A stretch of 38,841 nucleotides of DNA from contig JBOZIK010000001.1 in NCBI GenBank assembly GCA_051453625.1, positions 13,983,578 through 14,022,418 on the forward strand, given 5' to 3'. Below the pieces are notes generated by a model. It searched no databases. It saw nothing but the letters and a program-made list of their open reading frames with translations, and had not been told where the DNA came from. The translations under genes and the position numbers were made by a program. Origin of the DNA: Welwitschia mirabilis (lineage: Eukaryota). This document shows positions 1-12,793 of this stretch, piece after piece (position 1 is the first letter of the stretch; every line of letters starts with the position of its first letter).

Positions 1-1514
1 CCATTGCCTATATGCAAAGAAATCTTACCTTTTCCCTAATAATGTAGAAAAGACAATATAATAAAAAAAGGACTAAAGCCTTTAGAAATATTTAAGAAAG
101 TTAAGATAAATATCCCTCTCCTAGAAGCCATTAAGCAGGTACCTTCTAATGCAAAATTTCTTAAAGACTTATGCACTATAAAAAAATGTATGGTATACAA
201 CAAAATGCCTTTTTAGCTTTGCAAATATGTGTAATGTTTTAAAATTAATTTCCACTAAAATATAAAGANNNNNNNNNNNNNNNNNNNNNNNNNNNNNNNN
301 NNNNNNNNNNNNNNNNNNNNNNNNNNNNNNNNNNNNNNNNNNNNNNNNNNNNNNNNNNNNNNNNNNNNNNNNNNNNNNNNNNNNNNNNNNNNNNNNNNNN
401 NNNNNNNNNNNNNNNNNNNNNNNNNNNNNNNNNNNNNNNNNNNNNNNNNNNNNNNNNNNNNNNNNNNNNNNNNNNNNNNNNNNNNNNNNNNNNNNNNNNN
501 NNNNNNNNNNNNNNNNNNNNNNNNNNNNNNNNNNNNNNNNNNNNNNNNNNNNNNNNNNNNNNNNNNNNNNNNNNNNNNNNNNNNNNNNNNNNNNNNNNNN
601 NNNNNNNNNNNNNNNNNNNNNNNNNNNNNNNNNNNNNNNNNNNNNNNNNNNNNNNNNNNNNNNNNNNNNNNNNNNNNNNNNNNNNNNNNNNNNNNNNNNN
701 NNNNNNNNNNNNNNNNNNNNNNNNNNNNNNNNNNNNNNNNNNNNNNNNNNNNNNNNNNNNNNNNNNNNNNNNNNNNNNNNNNNNNNNNNNNNNNNNNNNN
801 NNNNNNNNNNNNNNNNNNNNNNNNNNNNNNNNNNNNNNNNNNNNNNNNNNNNNNNNNNNNNNNNNNNNNNNNNNNNNNNNNNNNNNNNNNNNNNNNNNNN
901 NNNNNNNNNNNNNNNNNNNNNNNNNNNNNNNNNNNNNNNNNNNNNNNNNNNNNNNNNNNNNNNNNNNNNNNNNNNNNNNNNNNNNNNNNNNNNNNNNNNN
1001 NNNNNNNNNNNNNNNNNNNNNNNNNNNNNNNNNNNNNNNNNNNNNNNNNNNNNNNNNNNNNNNNNNNNNNNNNNNNNTTCTATTGGATTTTGTAGTTTTG
1101 AGGATGGAAAACACAATGAACTAATCAATCCCTATTATATTAGAAAGACCTTTTCTAGAAACTTCAAATTCCTTAATTCATTATAGGAATGAGTTGATGA
1201 AAATCTCCTTGGATAATATGATGATATAATTGGATGTTTTCCATGCCATGAGATTGCCATCAAATAAGAAAGAAGTAGAGTATGTGAATAAAATAGAAAG
1301 CCTCTTATATAACCAAGAATTCTCCACTCATAATGACTTAGACTCTTTTCAAAAATTATTTCTTATTATTTAAGATAAAACNNNNNNNNNNNNNNNNNNN
1401 NNNCCAAATAATTTAAGTATGTTCTCTTAGGAAAAATTCCACCTTCTTAGTAGTTATCAATTCTTTCCTAATTACATCCCAAGAATCCAAGTTATTAAAC
1501 TTTAGCATAAGAAG
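1..1514 (+). pseudogene. Athila-type Ty3/gypsy gag-protease-linker remnant (left part of a split element)
   Basis: 82-186 translates LEIFKKVKINIPLLEAIKQVPSNAKFLKDLCTIKK (Athila-type INIPLLDAIKQVP..AKFLKDLCT). ~1085-1220 gives DFVVL..IPIILERPFLETSNSLI (end of the aspartic protease, ILGRPFL). 1405-1514 gives a decayed LKY..LG..VINS.L..QESKLL..HKK linker. Stops, frameshifts and N gaps are present. Confidence 0.9.
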
Positions 1515-2835
1515 TGAGAATCATTAAACTCAGAGGGGAGGGGCAAATGAGTGTACTAAATAAAAATTTAAAATAATAATAGAATGAAATATGCATAATA
1601 AAATACCTTACTAAGATAATGTGATTTTCAACTTAAATATGTTCACACATAGAGGGTATCTTCTACTCACACCTCTAGGTATTCTTGGCCTACAAGAAAA
1701 TGGTGGTTTTTTGAAAATACCAATAACCTTATAATAAGTGAGAGTATCCTTGTAAGGTATCACTTTATTATTCATAAGGAAATAGTGGTTTTCATAGGTG
1801 TACCACAAACTTTATAATAGTAAGAGCCTCCTCGCAAGATAACACTCTCTTTATTGCAAGGGAATAATGGTTTTCTAGCTCATCATAAAACTTAGAATCA
1901 AATAAGTACTCACAGGCATTATGTTAAATTCACGTCCATACGAGGGTTTTCTTATAAAGAGCTTAATAATTAAAAATGAACTTACAATAATATTTAGTAA
2001 TAGGATAGTCCAATAATATAAAATAAAAATATAATACAATAACAAGCCTAAAAGATGTATCTTTGATGAAGACTTGAGTTCCTTATTATTATCATCATCA
2101 CAAGTTTAAAAGAATGATGTGGTAGCTTAGGATTCAAGAATAAATAATGTAGCACTAAAAGATCCTTTATAATGATAACTTTCATTCTTAATGAGATGTT
2201 TCAATTACTTGTTCATTCATGCTTAGAGATAGGTTTGTTTCTCTTATATCCTTAATGTAGCAAAAGTTTTGTGTTTATTGAAGTTTCAAAAAGTTATATT
2301 TTTTATTTTTTTTTATGATATTGAGTCTTCATATATTTAAAAGAGGATCTAGTTGTTTGAGCTTTAAAGTAGCTATTTAAATTTGTAACTGTCATATAAC
2401 AGATAAAAACAATATAGGTATTAAATACCTATCTTTGATTTTTATGAAATGAACTTCTATGCAAGACATCTTCATAATTATAGATGTTTATTAATAATCA
2501 TTTGTGTTTACCTTATAGACATCTTTAATGAACTTGCCCAAATTTTGATGAAACTTGCTATAATCATGAATCCACAATGTTTAGATTGATGCCTTACTTG
2601 AAACATAAGATATCAGTTGAAAATCAAATTAACTCTATTATCTATTTTAGCTTAGTATAGATGTCTTCAAATAACTAATTTTGTAATTTATCAACTAATC
2701 CTTTTTATGAGAATTTTCTTTAAAAATTCATCATCATCTAATGCTTGTCAAGATGTAACATTCTTTTTACAATGACTTGTCTACACAAAGATAAATATTT
2801 AACAAGTGGAATTATCAAAACTAGATTTACCAATA
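1515..2835 (-). repeat. 3' LTR of SIRE-type element 1
   Basis: Starts TGAGAATCATTA and ends TTTACCAATA. Colinear with 9682-11362. Has the G-rich AGAGGGGAGGGG tract (reverse of the SIRE C-rich U5 signal) and directly abuts the PPT remnant. Confidence 0.85.
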
Positions 2836-2854
2836 ATCTCTTGCTTTTTGATGA
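2836..2854 (-). promoter_or_regulatory. Polypurine tract remnant
   Basis: Minus strand reads TCATCAAAAAGCAAGAGAT immediately before the LTR, a decayed form of SIRE-type CATCAAAAAGGGGGAGAT. Confidence 0.7.
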
Positions 2855-4189
2855 TCTCCAAAACTTAGCAAATCTCATTAATGTCATCTTATCTAATCCA
2901 CTAAAATTAGATATTTTTATTCTAAATAAAATGCACATAATTAATTTGGAAATGATATTAAAAAGCATGACATTAACTACTTAAATAATAGATAAAATCA
3001 CACATATATACCACTTAAAAAAATTAACACATATTGATGTACCACATTAAGCAATCAAATAACGACACAAAGATAATTGATATATTATGATTAGCTACTA
3101 AAATAATTATGTGAAATGTAGATCATAAAAATATTTCACAAGTCATCAAACAAGATATGCTAATAATAATGTGCTAATATATTAGAGCATAGAATTGAAA
3201 TTTATGTGCCAAAAATATAGTATAAAGAAAGTGCTCATGCAAGTGATAAATAATAAACATTAAAGAATGATATAATAAAATGTGCTGGTAGTATATAACA
3301 TGAAAATCATGAAATAGTTTTAATTAATAATAATTAGAGCATAATATGATTATAAATGTGTCAATGGAAGCATGATATTAAAACAAAAAAATGTGCCAAT
3401 AGAAAATAATGATAAAAAAATAACAAAGCATTAACATGTGATAAAACGTCAAGAGGAATCATTAAAAATAATGATAAAATGTAGGATTTAATTCAATATT
3501 TCATAATTAAGTGTCCAATTAATCTACCACTGATTTATTCAACTAGGTTAACCATTAATCCATCAACAAACTTCTTCCCCTTTCTGGATAGCAGAGAAAA
3601 TGATTTAATCACAGAGAGTGGAGTAAAGCATTCTATCTACTTCTTCATTACTATATATTTAAGATTTTAGATTCTAATTATGACTACTATCTTTGTTGTA
3701 ATGGAATGAAATCTTAGTGCTTTTCTTGCACCTATACCTCTATGGGAGCCTGACAGTCCTCCTAAACTTATTTTTCAACTTCTAATAACTCTTTTTAGAG
3801 GGATACCTATCAAGTAAAGACTTGAAAATGAGGTTTTCCAACTTTTTTTCCCAAAAGAAAAGAGATAAAACCCAAGATCTTTAGCATATTTTAATTTCTA
3901 CATTAATATAAACAAGATGTCTAAGACATCTACTCTAAAACGTATACAAATCTTAAGACATATCTATGATAGGCATCTACAAAATTGAATATGTCTGTAA
4001 TGAATTTTACATAAACATTAAAAAATGTTTATGATCAACATAATCATAATAATACTTCAAGTAAGTAAAATAACAAGCGCATGTTTTAACTTTNNNNNNN
4101 NNNCTATAATATTAACTCATAAAATAACATAAAGTGGAGTTTAGATTAAAATCATATTACCTGGTAACTTACCTAATTAGGTAAGGCCG

Positions 4190-5809
4190 AATCCCTAAGT
4201 TCTTACATAAATTTATATATATTTTAATACTTATAGATTTATAAAAACATCTATAAGTGGATCGTCTATACTAAAATATTGCATTATAATATCTTTGTTT
4301 TAAACGTGTTCTCTAAGAAAGTGATGTCAAATATCAATGTGCTTGGTTCTTGAGTGTTGTGTATGATAATTTAATATATTAGTGATACTCTTGTTGTTAT
4401 AATAAATAGAAATGCTATCTATTAAGAGTTCAAAATCCTTTAACATTTGCTTCATCCATAGAAGTTATGCACAACAACTTCCAACTGCAATGTACTTTGC
4501 CTCTGTCATAGATAGAGTGGTTAAGCTTTGCATTTTACTACTATAAGAAATCAAGCATTCTCCAAGAAAAAAGCATGTTTCAATGGGACTTCTTCTATAA
4601 TCTTTGAATCCTACCCAATTTACATTATAATACCCTATTAGATCAAGGCAAGAGTCCTTTGAGTACTAAAGTCTCCAATTATTACTATCTTTTAAGAAAT
4701 GAAAATTTATTTTGATAGCTATGATATGTGATTTTCTGGGATTACTTTGATAACATGCACAAATCTCTACACTTAAGATAATATATGTTTTACTAGGGTA
4801 AAATATAATAGACTATTAATTATACCTCTATAAAGATTTTAATCCTCCTTCTTACCACTTTCATCTTTGTTCAGCTTGGTGTTTTGATTCATGGGTGTAT
4901 CCTTTCCTTTGAAATCTTATAAACCATATTTTACTAGTAAATTTTTAATATATTTATTCACTGAAATAAATGTATCTTGCTTATGTTTCATAACTTAAAG
5001 TCCTAAGAAGTTGCATAAGACTTATTTCAAACTCATCTTGCATAATCTTAGTAAATTTCTTGTACAAAGATTCATTAGTAACATAAAAGATTATATGATC
5101 TACATAAATTTGAATAATAATAAAATATTTACTATCCTTTTTAATAAGTAAATTCACATCCAATGTACCTCATTTAAAATCATTTTCAAAGTTTCCCATA
5201 CCAAGCTCTAAGAGCTTGTTTAATACCATATAGAGTCTTCTTTAATTTGTAAATATGATCAAATTTTTGTGAGTTAGTGAAACCATTTGGTTATTTAATA
5301 CATACTTCTTCTTGAAGATTTCCATTGAGAAATGCACTCTTAATATCTATTTGGTAATGTTTAACCTCTTTTACATAGGCAAAGCCTAGAAGCATTCTTA
5401 TTGATTCCATATGAGCTACAGGAGCAAAGGTTTCTTCAAAATTAATTCCTTCCTATTCATTGTAACCTCTAGCCACTAACACTTTTTTTGTTTTTAATTA
5501 CATTAACATGATTACCTATATTCTTTATGGAAATCCAATTAGTACAAATAACTAGTTTGTTAGATGATCTTGGAGTGATTTTCCAAAGATTACATCTTTC
5601 AAATTGGTTTAGTTATTCTTCCATAGTAATCATCTAATGTTCATCATTTTTAGATTATTTGAAATTTTTTAGTTTAACTTGTATGATATAATCTACATAG
5701 TCATAAAATTTTCTAGTATTGCTTCTAGTATGAATATCTCCATATGAGCTTCCTATGATATTATTAACGAAGTGGCTCTTTTTCAGTTTAATTATTGTTG
5801 AAGGACTTT
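4190..5809 (-). pseudogene. Copia RT-RNase H remnant, copy 1
   Basis: IIIQIYVDHIIF (YVDD site changed to YVDH), FAPVAHMESIRMLL..YQIDIKSAFLNG, and RNase H HSRTKHIDI.HHFLREHV. Multiple stops. Confidence 0.93.
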
Positions 5810-5909
5810 NNNNNNNNNNNNNNNNNNNNNNNNNNNNNNNNNNNNNNNNNNNNNNNNNNNNNNNNNNNNNNNNNNNNNNNNNNNNNNNNNNNNNNNNNNN
5901 NNNNNNNNN

Positions 5910-7440
5910 ATATTGCATTATAATATCTTTGTTTTAAACGTGTTCTCTGAGAAAGTGATGTGAAATATCAATGTGCTTGGTTCTTGAGTGTTGTGTGGGA
6001 TAATTTAATATATTAGTAATACTCTTGTTGTTATAATAAATAGAAATGCTATCCATTGAGAGTTCAAAATCGTTTAACATTTGCTTCATCCATAGAAGTT
6101 ATGCACAATAACTTCCAACTGCAATGTACTTTGCCTTAGCCATAGATAGAGTGGTTAAGCTTTACATTTTACTACTATAAGAAATCAAGCATTCTCCAAG
6201 AAAAAAACATGGTTCAATGGGACTTCTTCTATAATCTTTGAATCCTACCCAAGTTACATTATAATACCCTATTAGATCAAGGCAAGAGTCCTTTGAGTAC
6301 TAAAGTCCCCAATTATTACTATCTTTTAAGAAATGAAAATTTATTTTGATAGATATGATATGTTATTTCCTGGGATTACTTTGATAACATGCACAAATCT
6401 CTACACTTAACATAATATATGTTTTACTAGTATAAAATATAATAGACTATCAATTATACCTCTATAAAGATTTTGATCCACCTTCTTACCACTTTCATCT
6501 TTGTTCAAGTTGGTGTTTTGATTTATGGGTGTATACTTTCCTTTGAAATCTTATAAACCATATTTTACTAGTAAATTTTTAATATATTTATTAACTGAAA
6601 TAAATGTATATTGCTTATGTTTCATAAATTAAAGTCATAAGAAGTTGCATAAGACTTATTTCAAACTCATCTTGCATAATCTTAGTAAATTTCTTGTACA
6701 AATATTCATTAGTAACATAAAAGATTATATCATCTACATAAATTTGAATAATAATAAAATATTTACTATTCTTTTTAATAAGTAAATTCACATCCAATGT
6801 ACCTCATTTAAAATCATTTTCAAAGTTTTCCATACCAAGCTCTAAGAGTTTGTTTGATACCATATAGAGTCTTCTTTAATTTGTAAATATGATTAAATTT
6901 TTGTGAGTTAGTGAAACCATTTGGTTGTTTAATATATACTTCTTCTTGAAGATTTCCATTTAGAAATGCACTCTTAATATCTATTTGATAATGTTTAAAC
7001 TCTTTTACATAGGCAAAGCCTAGAAGCATTCTTATTGATTCCATATGAGCTACGGGAGTAAAGGTTTCTTCAAAATTAATTCCTTCCTATTCATTATAAC
7101 CTCTAGTCACTAATCCTTTTTTTATTTCTAATTACATTAACATGATTATCTATATTCTTTATGGAAATCTGCTTAGTGCAAATAACTAGTTTGTTAGATG
7201 ATCTTGAAGTGAGTTTCTAAAGATTACATCTTTCAAATTGGTTTAGTTATTCTTGCATAGTAATCATCTATTGTTCATCATTTTTAGATTATTTAAAAGT
7301 TTTTGATTTAACTTATATGATATAAGCTACATAGCCATAAAATTTTCTAGTATGGCTTCTAGTATGAATATCTCCATATGAGCTTCCTATGATATTATTA
7401 ATGAAGCGGTTCTTTTTTAGTTTAATTATGGTTGAAGGAT
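5910..7440 (-). pseudogene. Copia RT-RNase H remnant, copy 2 (duplicate of 4276-5809 across a 100-N gap)
   Basis: ORFs 6820-7044 (ESIRMLLGFA..YQIDIKSAFLNG..EEVYIKQP..LYGIKQ..RAWY) and 6615-6797 (QIYVDDIIF). Roughly 95% identical to copy 1. Confidence 0.93.
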
Positions 7441-7749
7441 TTTCCTTTTTTATTTCTTCTTTTTCATTCTACTAACTAATTGGACTTGAAGATGGTTAGA
7501 GGGTTGATCAATTTCTACTAGAATATAATCATCTTTCACATTCATAGGCATTGATTCATTAATTATTTTGACATTTGTGGCTTTTTTAACTACATGGATT
7601 ATGTTATTATATATGCTATTAGCCTTACTGAGCATAAAATCTTCTAGAACAACTCCTTCATTAACTGTTTTAATTAAAGATGTGAAAGTGATTTATAGTA
7701 GATTTTTTTTCTTAACCACAACTCATAATAGGTCTTAAAAGTAAATCAT

Positions 7750-9640
7750 CTTACCAAGACTCTATTTGAAATATAACAAGTTGTATTGATTTCTTTTGCC
7801 TAAAAATGATATGATATCTTTTTTTGTGCACCACTCTACTGGCCATTTCATTGAGAACCTAGTTCTTTCTTTGAGCTACTCCATATCTTTAGGGGGTTCT
7901 TGGAGTAGAGAATTAATGTAGAATATCAAAGTATTCATAGAGTTCTCTAAACATTTTATTTTTAAATTTCATGTTCTTATTTCTTCTTATCATTTTGATC
8001 TTATTTTGATTTTGACTTTTTAACCTAATGCATAACTTAAAAAAAGCATTAAAAATGTAATTCTTATGTGCAAAGAAGACTATTCATGTGAATCAAATAA
8101 ATCATCTACAACTATTAAATAATGCCTTTTCTTACCTAGGCTTTCTGTAGATGAAGGAAAAAAATGTCTAAGTGTAGGAGATTTAATGGATGTTTAGTTG
8201 AGATAGTATTTTCCTTATCAAATCTTACCTTTATTTTCTTCTCTTTTTGACATGATTAATATATTTAATTATGAATGATTTTAAAATTGAAAATTTCTCT
8301 TACCATTTCCTTTATATATAAGGTTTTAAGAAGATCTTTGTTTACGTGACCAATCTTCCTATGCCATAGATCTGCTTTATTTATTTTACTAAGAAAACAC
8401 TTGATTCGATTATTAGATATATCTTATAAGGTAGTAATGTAAACATTTAATTTTCTTACACCAGAAAATAAAACTTTGTTAGAATTTTTCTCTCTTATAA
8501 TATAATCATCTTTTGTAAAAGTAACAAAGAAATTTTCATTATAAATTTGACTTACAGTTAAGATATTATGTTGAAAACTTTTAACAATAAATACATCTTT
8601 TACCGTTGGTAAATTACCTCCTTCAATGATACTAATACCTTTGATTAGTGCTTTTGTATTATCTTTAAATGTTATAACTCCTTTATCTTAGTTCAACAAG
8701 GAGGTAAAGCTAGATTTGTCTCTAGTCATGTTTCTTAAGCATTCAGTATCAATATATCAAGAATGCTTATTTACTACTTTAAATGTTATTTAGGCTAAAA
8801 GAGCTAGTTTTAATTTTAGTATCCATATTTTTCTTGGTTTTTCTAGCACAAAATGTTATACCATTCTACTAGACTTCTCGGTATTACTAGTATAATGCTA
8901 GTTTTTGAATTTTAATGGACATTTATATTGATAGTGATTTCTATTACTATATTAGTAATAGATAATATTATTTATAGACATTAAGTGTTCATACCTTAGC
9001 TTATAATTCCATTTGTCAGAGGCTAAAGTGCCACCTATGACTTCATTGTGTCCCAAGCCACTCTTGTTATTTGAACATCTACATTGCCCTAGCATGATGT
9101 TTAATGTCTCCTTTTCTCGGGTGAATTTTTCATTAATGCTCTTTAAGTCTGATAGATCCTATCTTACAAGCTTTAAATCATATGTTATTTTATTAACCTT
9201 AGCTTTAAAATCTAAGTTTTTAGAAGATAATTTAATATAAGCATCCTTTTTTTTTATAAGCTTCTTCTTGAAAAGGAAATAAATTTCTCATTTTAGTACA
9301 TAATTCTTGCAATTTAATAAACTCTTTAGAAATTAGAATGTACCTTTCTAGAATACTCATACCTATATTATCTTCACTTCTTGAATCATATTATTCTTTC
9401 ATCTTATCCTCTTTTTCTTGGAAATGTACAATGATCATGAGTAAAGGATGAGCTTCTTCATTAGATATATTTCTCCTTGTTATACTTGTTGTAGATTTTT
9501 TGTATTCTTTATCTTTGTTTTGCCAAACTTGAAAATCATAAGACCATAAGAGCATCAATATCCTCATATTCCAATAGGTGTAGTTTATCTAATTGAAGAG
9601 CGAAGGTCTCATGGATGACATCTCTTCTATTATTTGCTCA
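7750..9640 (-). pseudogene. Copia gag (shortened), protease and integrase remnants
   Basis: Gag start SSMRPSLFN*INYTYWNMR (~9565-9620), KSGLGH motif (~9050-9095), protease *YIDTECLRNMTRDKSSF (~8710-8760; consensus WYLDSGCSRHMTGDK), pre-integrase LWHRKIGHVN (~8340-8370), decayed integrase core. Confidence 0.85.
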
Positions 9641-9668
9641 AAGAAGTTACTCATTTTTGTGAGTATCC

Positions 9669-9680
9669 ATCTTGATACTA
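9669..9680 (-). promoter_or_regulatory. Primer binding site (tRNA-iMet), decayed
   Basis: Minus strand TAGTATCAAGAT next to the LTR end, versus canonical TGGTATCAGAGC. Confidence 0.65.
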
Positions 9681-9681
9681 C

Positions 9682-11362
9682 TGAAGGATCATTATAAATA
9701 AGTTTTTACTAAGTAAAAATTTGAACTAATAACAAAATTAAATATGCACAATAAAACATCTTATCAAGATAATGTGATTTTCCACCCCGGGTACATCCAC
9801 ATACAAAGGGTAGCTTTTACTCAAACCTCTAGATATTCTTAAACTATAAGAAAATAGTAGTTTTTTGGCATACCACAGACCTTACAATAAGTGATATCCT
9901 CCTCTCAAGGTAATACTTTCTTCCCTGTAGGGAAATAGAGGTTTTCATAGTTGCATCACATACATTAAAATAGTGAGATTCTCCTCACAAAATAGCACTC
10001 TCTACCCCATAAATGAATAATGGTTTTCTATCTCACCAGAAACTTTACAATCAAACAAGTACTCATAGGCACTATCTCAAATGCATACCTATACAAGAGT
10101 TGTCATACAAAGAGTTTGATAATCAAGAATAGACTTAAAACAATATTTAACAATAAAAGAGTCCAACAATATAGAACAAAAAACACAATACAACAACAAG
10201 TCTAAAAGATGTNNNNNNNNNNNNNNNNNNNNNNNNNNNNNNNNNNNNNNNNNNNNNNNNNNNNNNNNNNNNNNNNNNNNNNNNNNNNNNNNNNNNNNNN
10301 NNNNNNNNNNNNAGAATAGACTTAAAACAATATTTAACAATAAAAGAGTCCAACACTATAGAACAAAAAACACAATACAACAACAAGTCTAAAAGATGTA
10401 TATTTGATAAAGACTTGAGTTCATCCTTATTATTGTTATCATGAGTGTAAAAGAATGATACAGGGATGTACGATCCAAGAACAAATGATGTAGCATTAAA
10501 ATCTCCTTTGGAATGATGGCTTTGATCCTTCATGAGATGTTGCAATCACTTGTGAATTCTTGCTTAGAGATAGATTTATTATTTCTATTTTCTTGAAGCA
10601 TTAAATGTCATGTATTTGTTGAAGTTCCAAATGTTATATTTTTAATTTGTTTTATGATATCAAGCCTTTATATGGTCAAAGAGGATCTTGTCATTTGAGC
10701 TTAAAAGGTATCCATTTAACTTTGTAACTGTCATATAATGAATAAAAAGTGTCTAGGAATTGGGCATATATCTTTGATTTTTATCGTTATGAATTTTAGT
10801 CCAAGATGTATTTACATTTATAGACATCTACTAACAATCAAGCGTCTTGACCTTTTAGATGTCTTCAGTGAATTTACTTAAAGTATAATGTAACTTACTC
10901 TTTATAATCCTTGGGCCTTTAGGATCATGAATCTTTAATGTACAAGTTCGTAGCTCATCTAAAATGTAAGATATTATTTAAAAATAAAATTAAATTTATT
11001 ACCTATTTCATCTTAGTATAAATGTCTTCAAACAGATAGACATCTTTATATGTATCAAGTTCAACATTCAACATAATCGTCTTGGTTAACATAGTTATTT
11101 TTTGACTATGACTTAAATTCTAGTACATTTAAGATATCTTTAATTTCCTAGAATTCTTCATTAGAGATGTCTTCAATTTTTCAAACATCTTCAAATAACT
11201 AATTTTGCAATTTATTAATTAATCATTTTTATGAGATATTTTCTTCGAAGGCCCATCATCATCTAGTTCTTATCAAGGTCTGATGTTCTCTTTACAATGA
11301 CCTATCTACATAAAGATATAAAATATTTAACAAGTAAAATCATAAAAGCTACATTTACCAAT
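9682..11362 (-). repeat. 5' LTR of SIRE-type element 1
   Basis: Starts TGAAGGATCATTA and ends TTTACCAAT(A). Homologous throughout to 1515-2835, inflated by an N gap with a flanking duplicate and an extra U3 segment. Confidence 0.85.
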
Positions 11363-11367
11363 AGCAG

Positions 11368-12793
11368 ATAATAGGATTAACCCTTTGAAACATTAAAGGC
11401 ATTGAACCTAGCATTCGCATGCATCATATATTCTTAAAAGAGAATTCCAATACATCCATAGAATCCCAAAAATAGATAAACCCAACTCTAAAGAAGGTAG
11501 TTTAAAATGAGATGGTTAAGCTCTTGGATAATAAAATTATCTATCCCATCTTAGATAGTAAATGAGTAAGTTCAATCTAAACTATAGCAAATAAAGAGAG
11601 AATTATCCTATTTCTAAATGAACACAATGAACTTATTCCTATGAGTTACATAATAAAATGGAGAATGTGCATCAACTATAAAAAATTAAATGCCATATTA
11701 AGAAAGGATTATTTTCCTCTTCTCTTTTTTGACCAAATCTTGGAACAACTAATAGGGCATCCATTTTTTTATTTATTAGATAGGTACTTATAATATAATT
11801 AAATAGAAATTTCCTCTAAGAAGTAATAAACAACTAGCTTCATCCATACTTAAGAAATTTTTACCTTAAAAAAAATGCCTTTTGGGTTATGAATTTGGAT
11901 TATGAAATGCACCTACCACATTCCAATGTTGCATGATTGGAATGTTCTCTGATTTATTAAATTTATCTATGGAAATATTTATGGATGATTTCTTAGTTTA
12001 CAAAACATCTTTTAAATGCTATTTTCACAACTTAGAACTTATCCTTACATGATTTGTAGAAAAAATCCTTGTTCTTTATTGGGAAAAATGCCATTTTATG
12101 GTTNNNNNNNNNNNNNNNNNNNNNNNNNNNNNNNNNNNNNNNNNNNNNNNNNNNNNNNNNNNNNNNNNNNNNNNNNNNNNNNNNNNNNNNNNNNNNNNNN
12201 NNNCTAAGAAGTAATAAACAACTAGCTTCACCCATACTTAAGAAATTTTTACCTAAAAAAAAATGCCTTTTGGGTTATGAATTTGGTTTATGAAATGCAC
12301 CTACCACATTCCAATGTTGCATGATTGGAATGTTCTCTGATTTATTAGATTTAGGTGTGGAAATATTTATGGATGACTTCTTAGTTTACGAAACATATTT
12401 TAAATGCTATTTTCACAACTTAGAACTTGTCATTACATGATTTATAGAAAAAATCCTTGTTCTTTATTGGGAAAAATGCCATTTTATGGTTAATAAAGGA
12501 ATAGTATTATGACATATTATCTTTAAAAATGAAATCCAACTATATCTTATAAAAGTTTCTTTGATTGTATACCTACCAATTCCTTAAAAGTTAAAATACA
12601 TTAGATCTTTCATAAGACATACTGAGTATTAACATAGTTNNNNNNNNNNNNNNNNNNNNNNNNNNNNNNNNNNNNNNNNNNNNNNNNNNNNNNNNNNNNN
12701 NNNNNNNNNNNNNNNNNNNNNNNNNNNNNNNNNNNNNNNAAAAGTTAAAATACATTAGATCTTTCCTAAAACATACTAAGTATTAACATAGTT
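11368..12793 (+). pseudogene. Athila-type Ty3/gypsy reverse transcriptase remnant (right part of the split element)
   Basis: IIGLTL*NIKGIEPSIRMHHI..NEHNELIP..WRMCINYKKLN..RKDYFPL..DQILEQL..MPFGL..NAPTTFQ..MEIFMDDF..WEKCHFMVNKGIVL. NEKNELIP and FMDDF are Athila hallmarks. Confidence 0.93.

Larger units (their letters stand above)
1515..11362 (-). mobile_element. Decayed full-structure Ty1/copia LTR retrotransposon, SIRE/Maximus type, nested in Athila pol
   Basis: Paired LTRs, tRNA-Met PBS remnant, PPT remnant, gag-PR-INT-RT-RH order on the minus strand, SIRE-like extended gag (MLGQCRCSNNKSGLGH) and a long pol-to-3'LTR spacer. Candidate TSD AGAAG/AGCAG. Confidence 0.88.

Noticed and set aside
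169..1128. Long ORFs made mostly of X (also near 28 kb, 33.4 kb and 35.2 kb)
   Set aside because: They only span N gaps.
4190..7440. Novel double reverse-transcriptase system
   Set aside because: Both copies are dead, share lesions and flank a 100-N gap, so assembly duplication is the simpler explanation.
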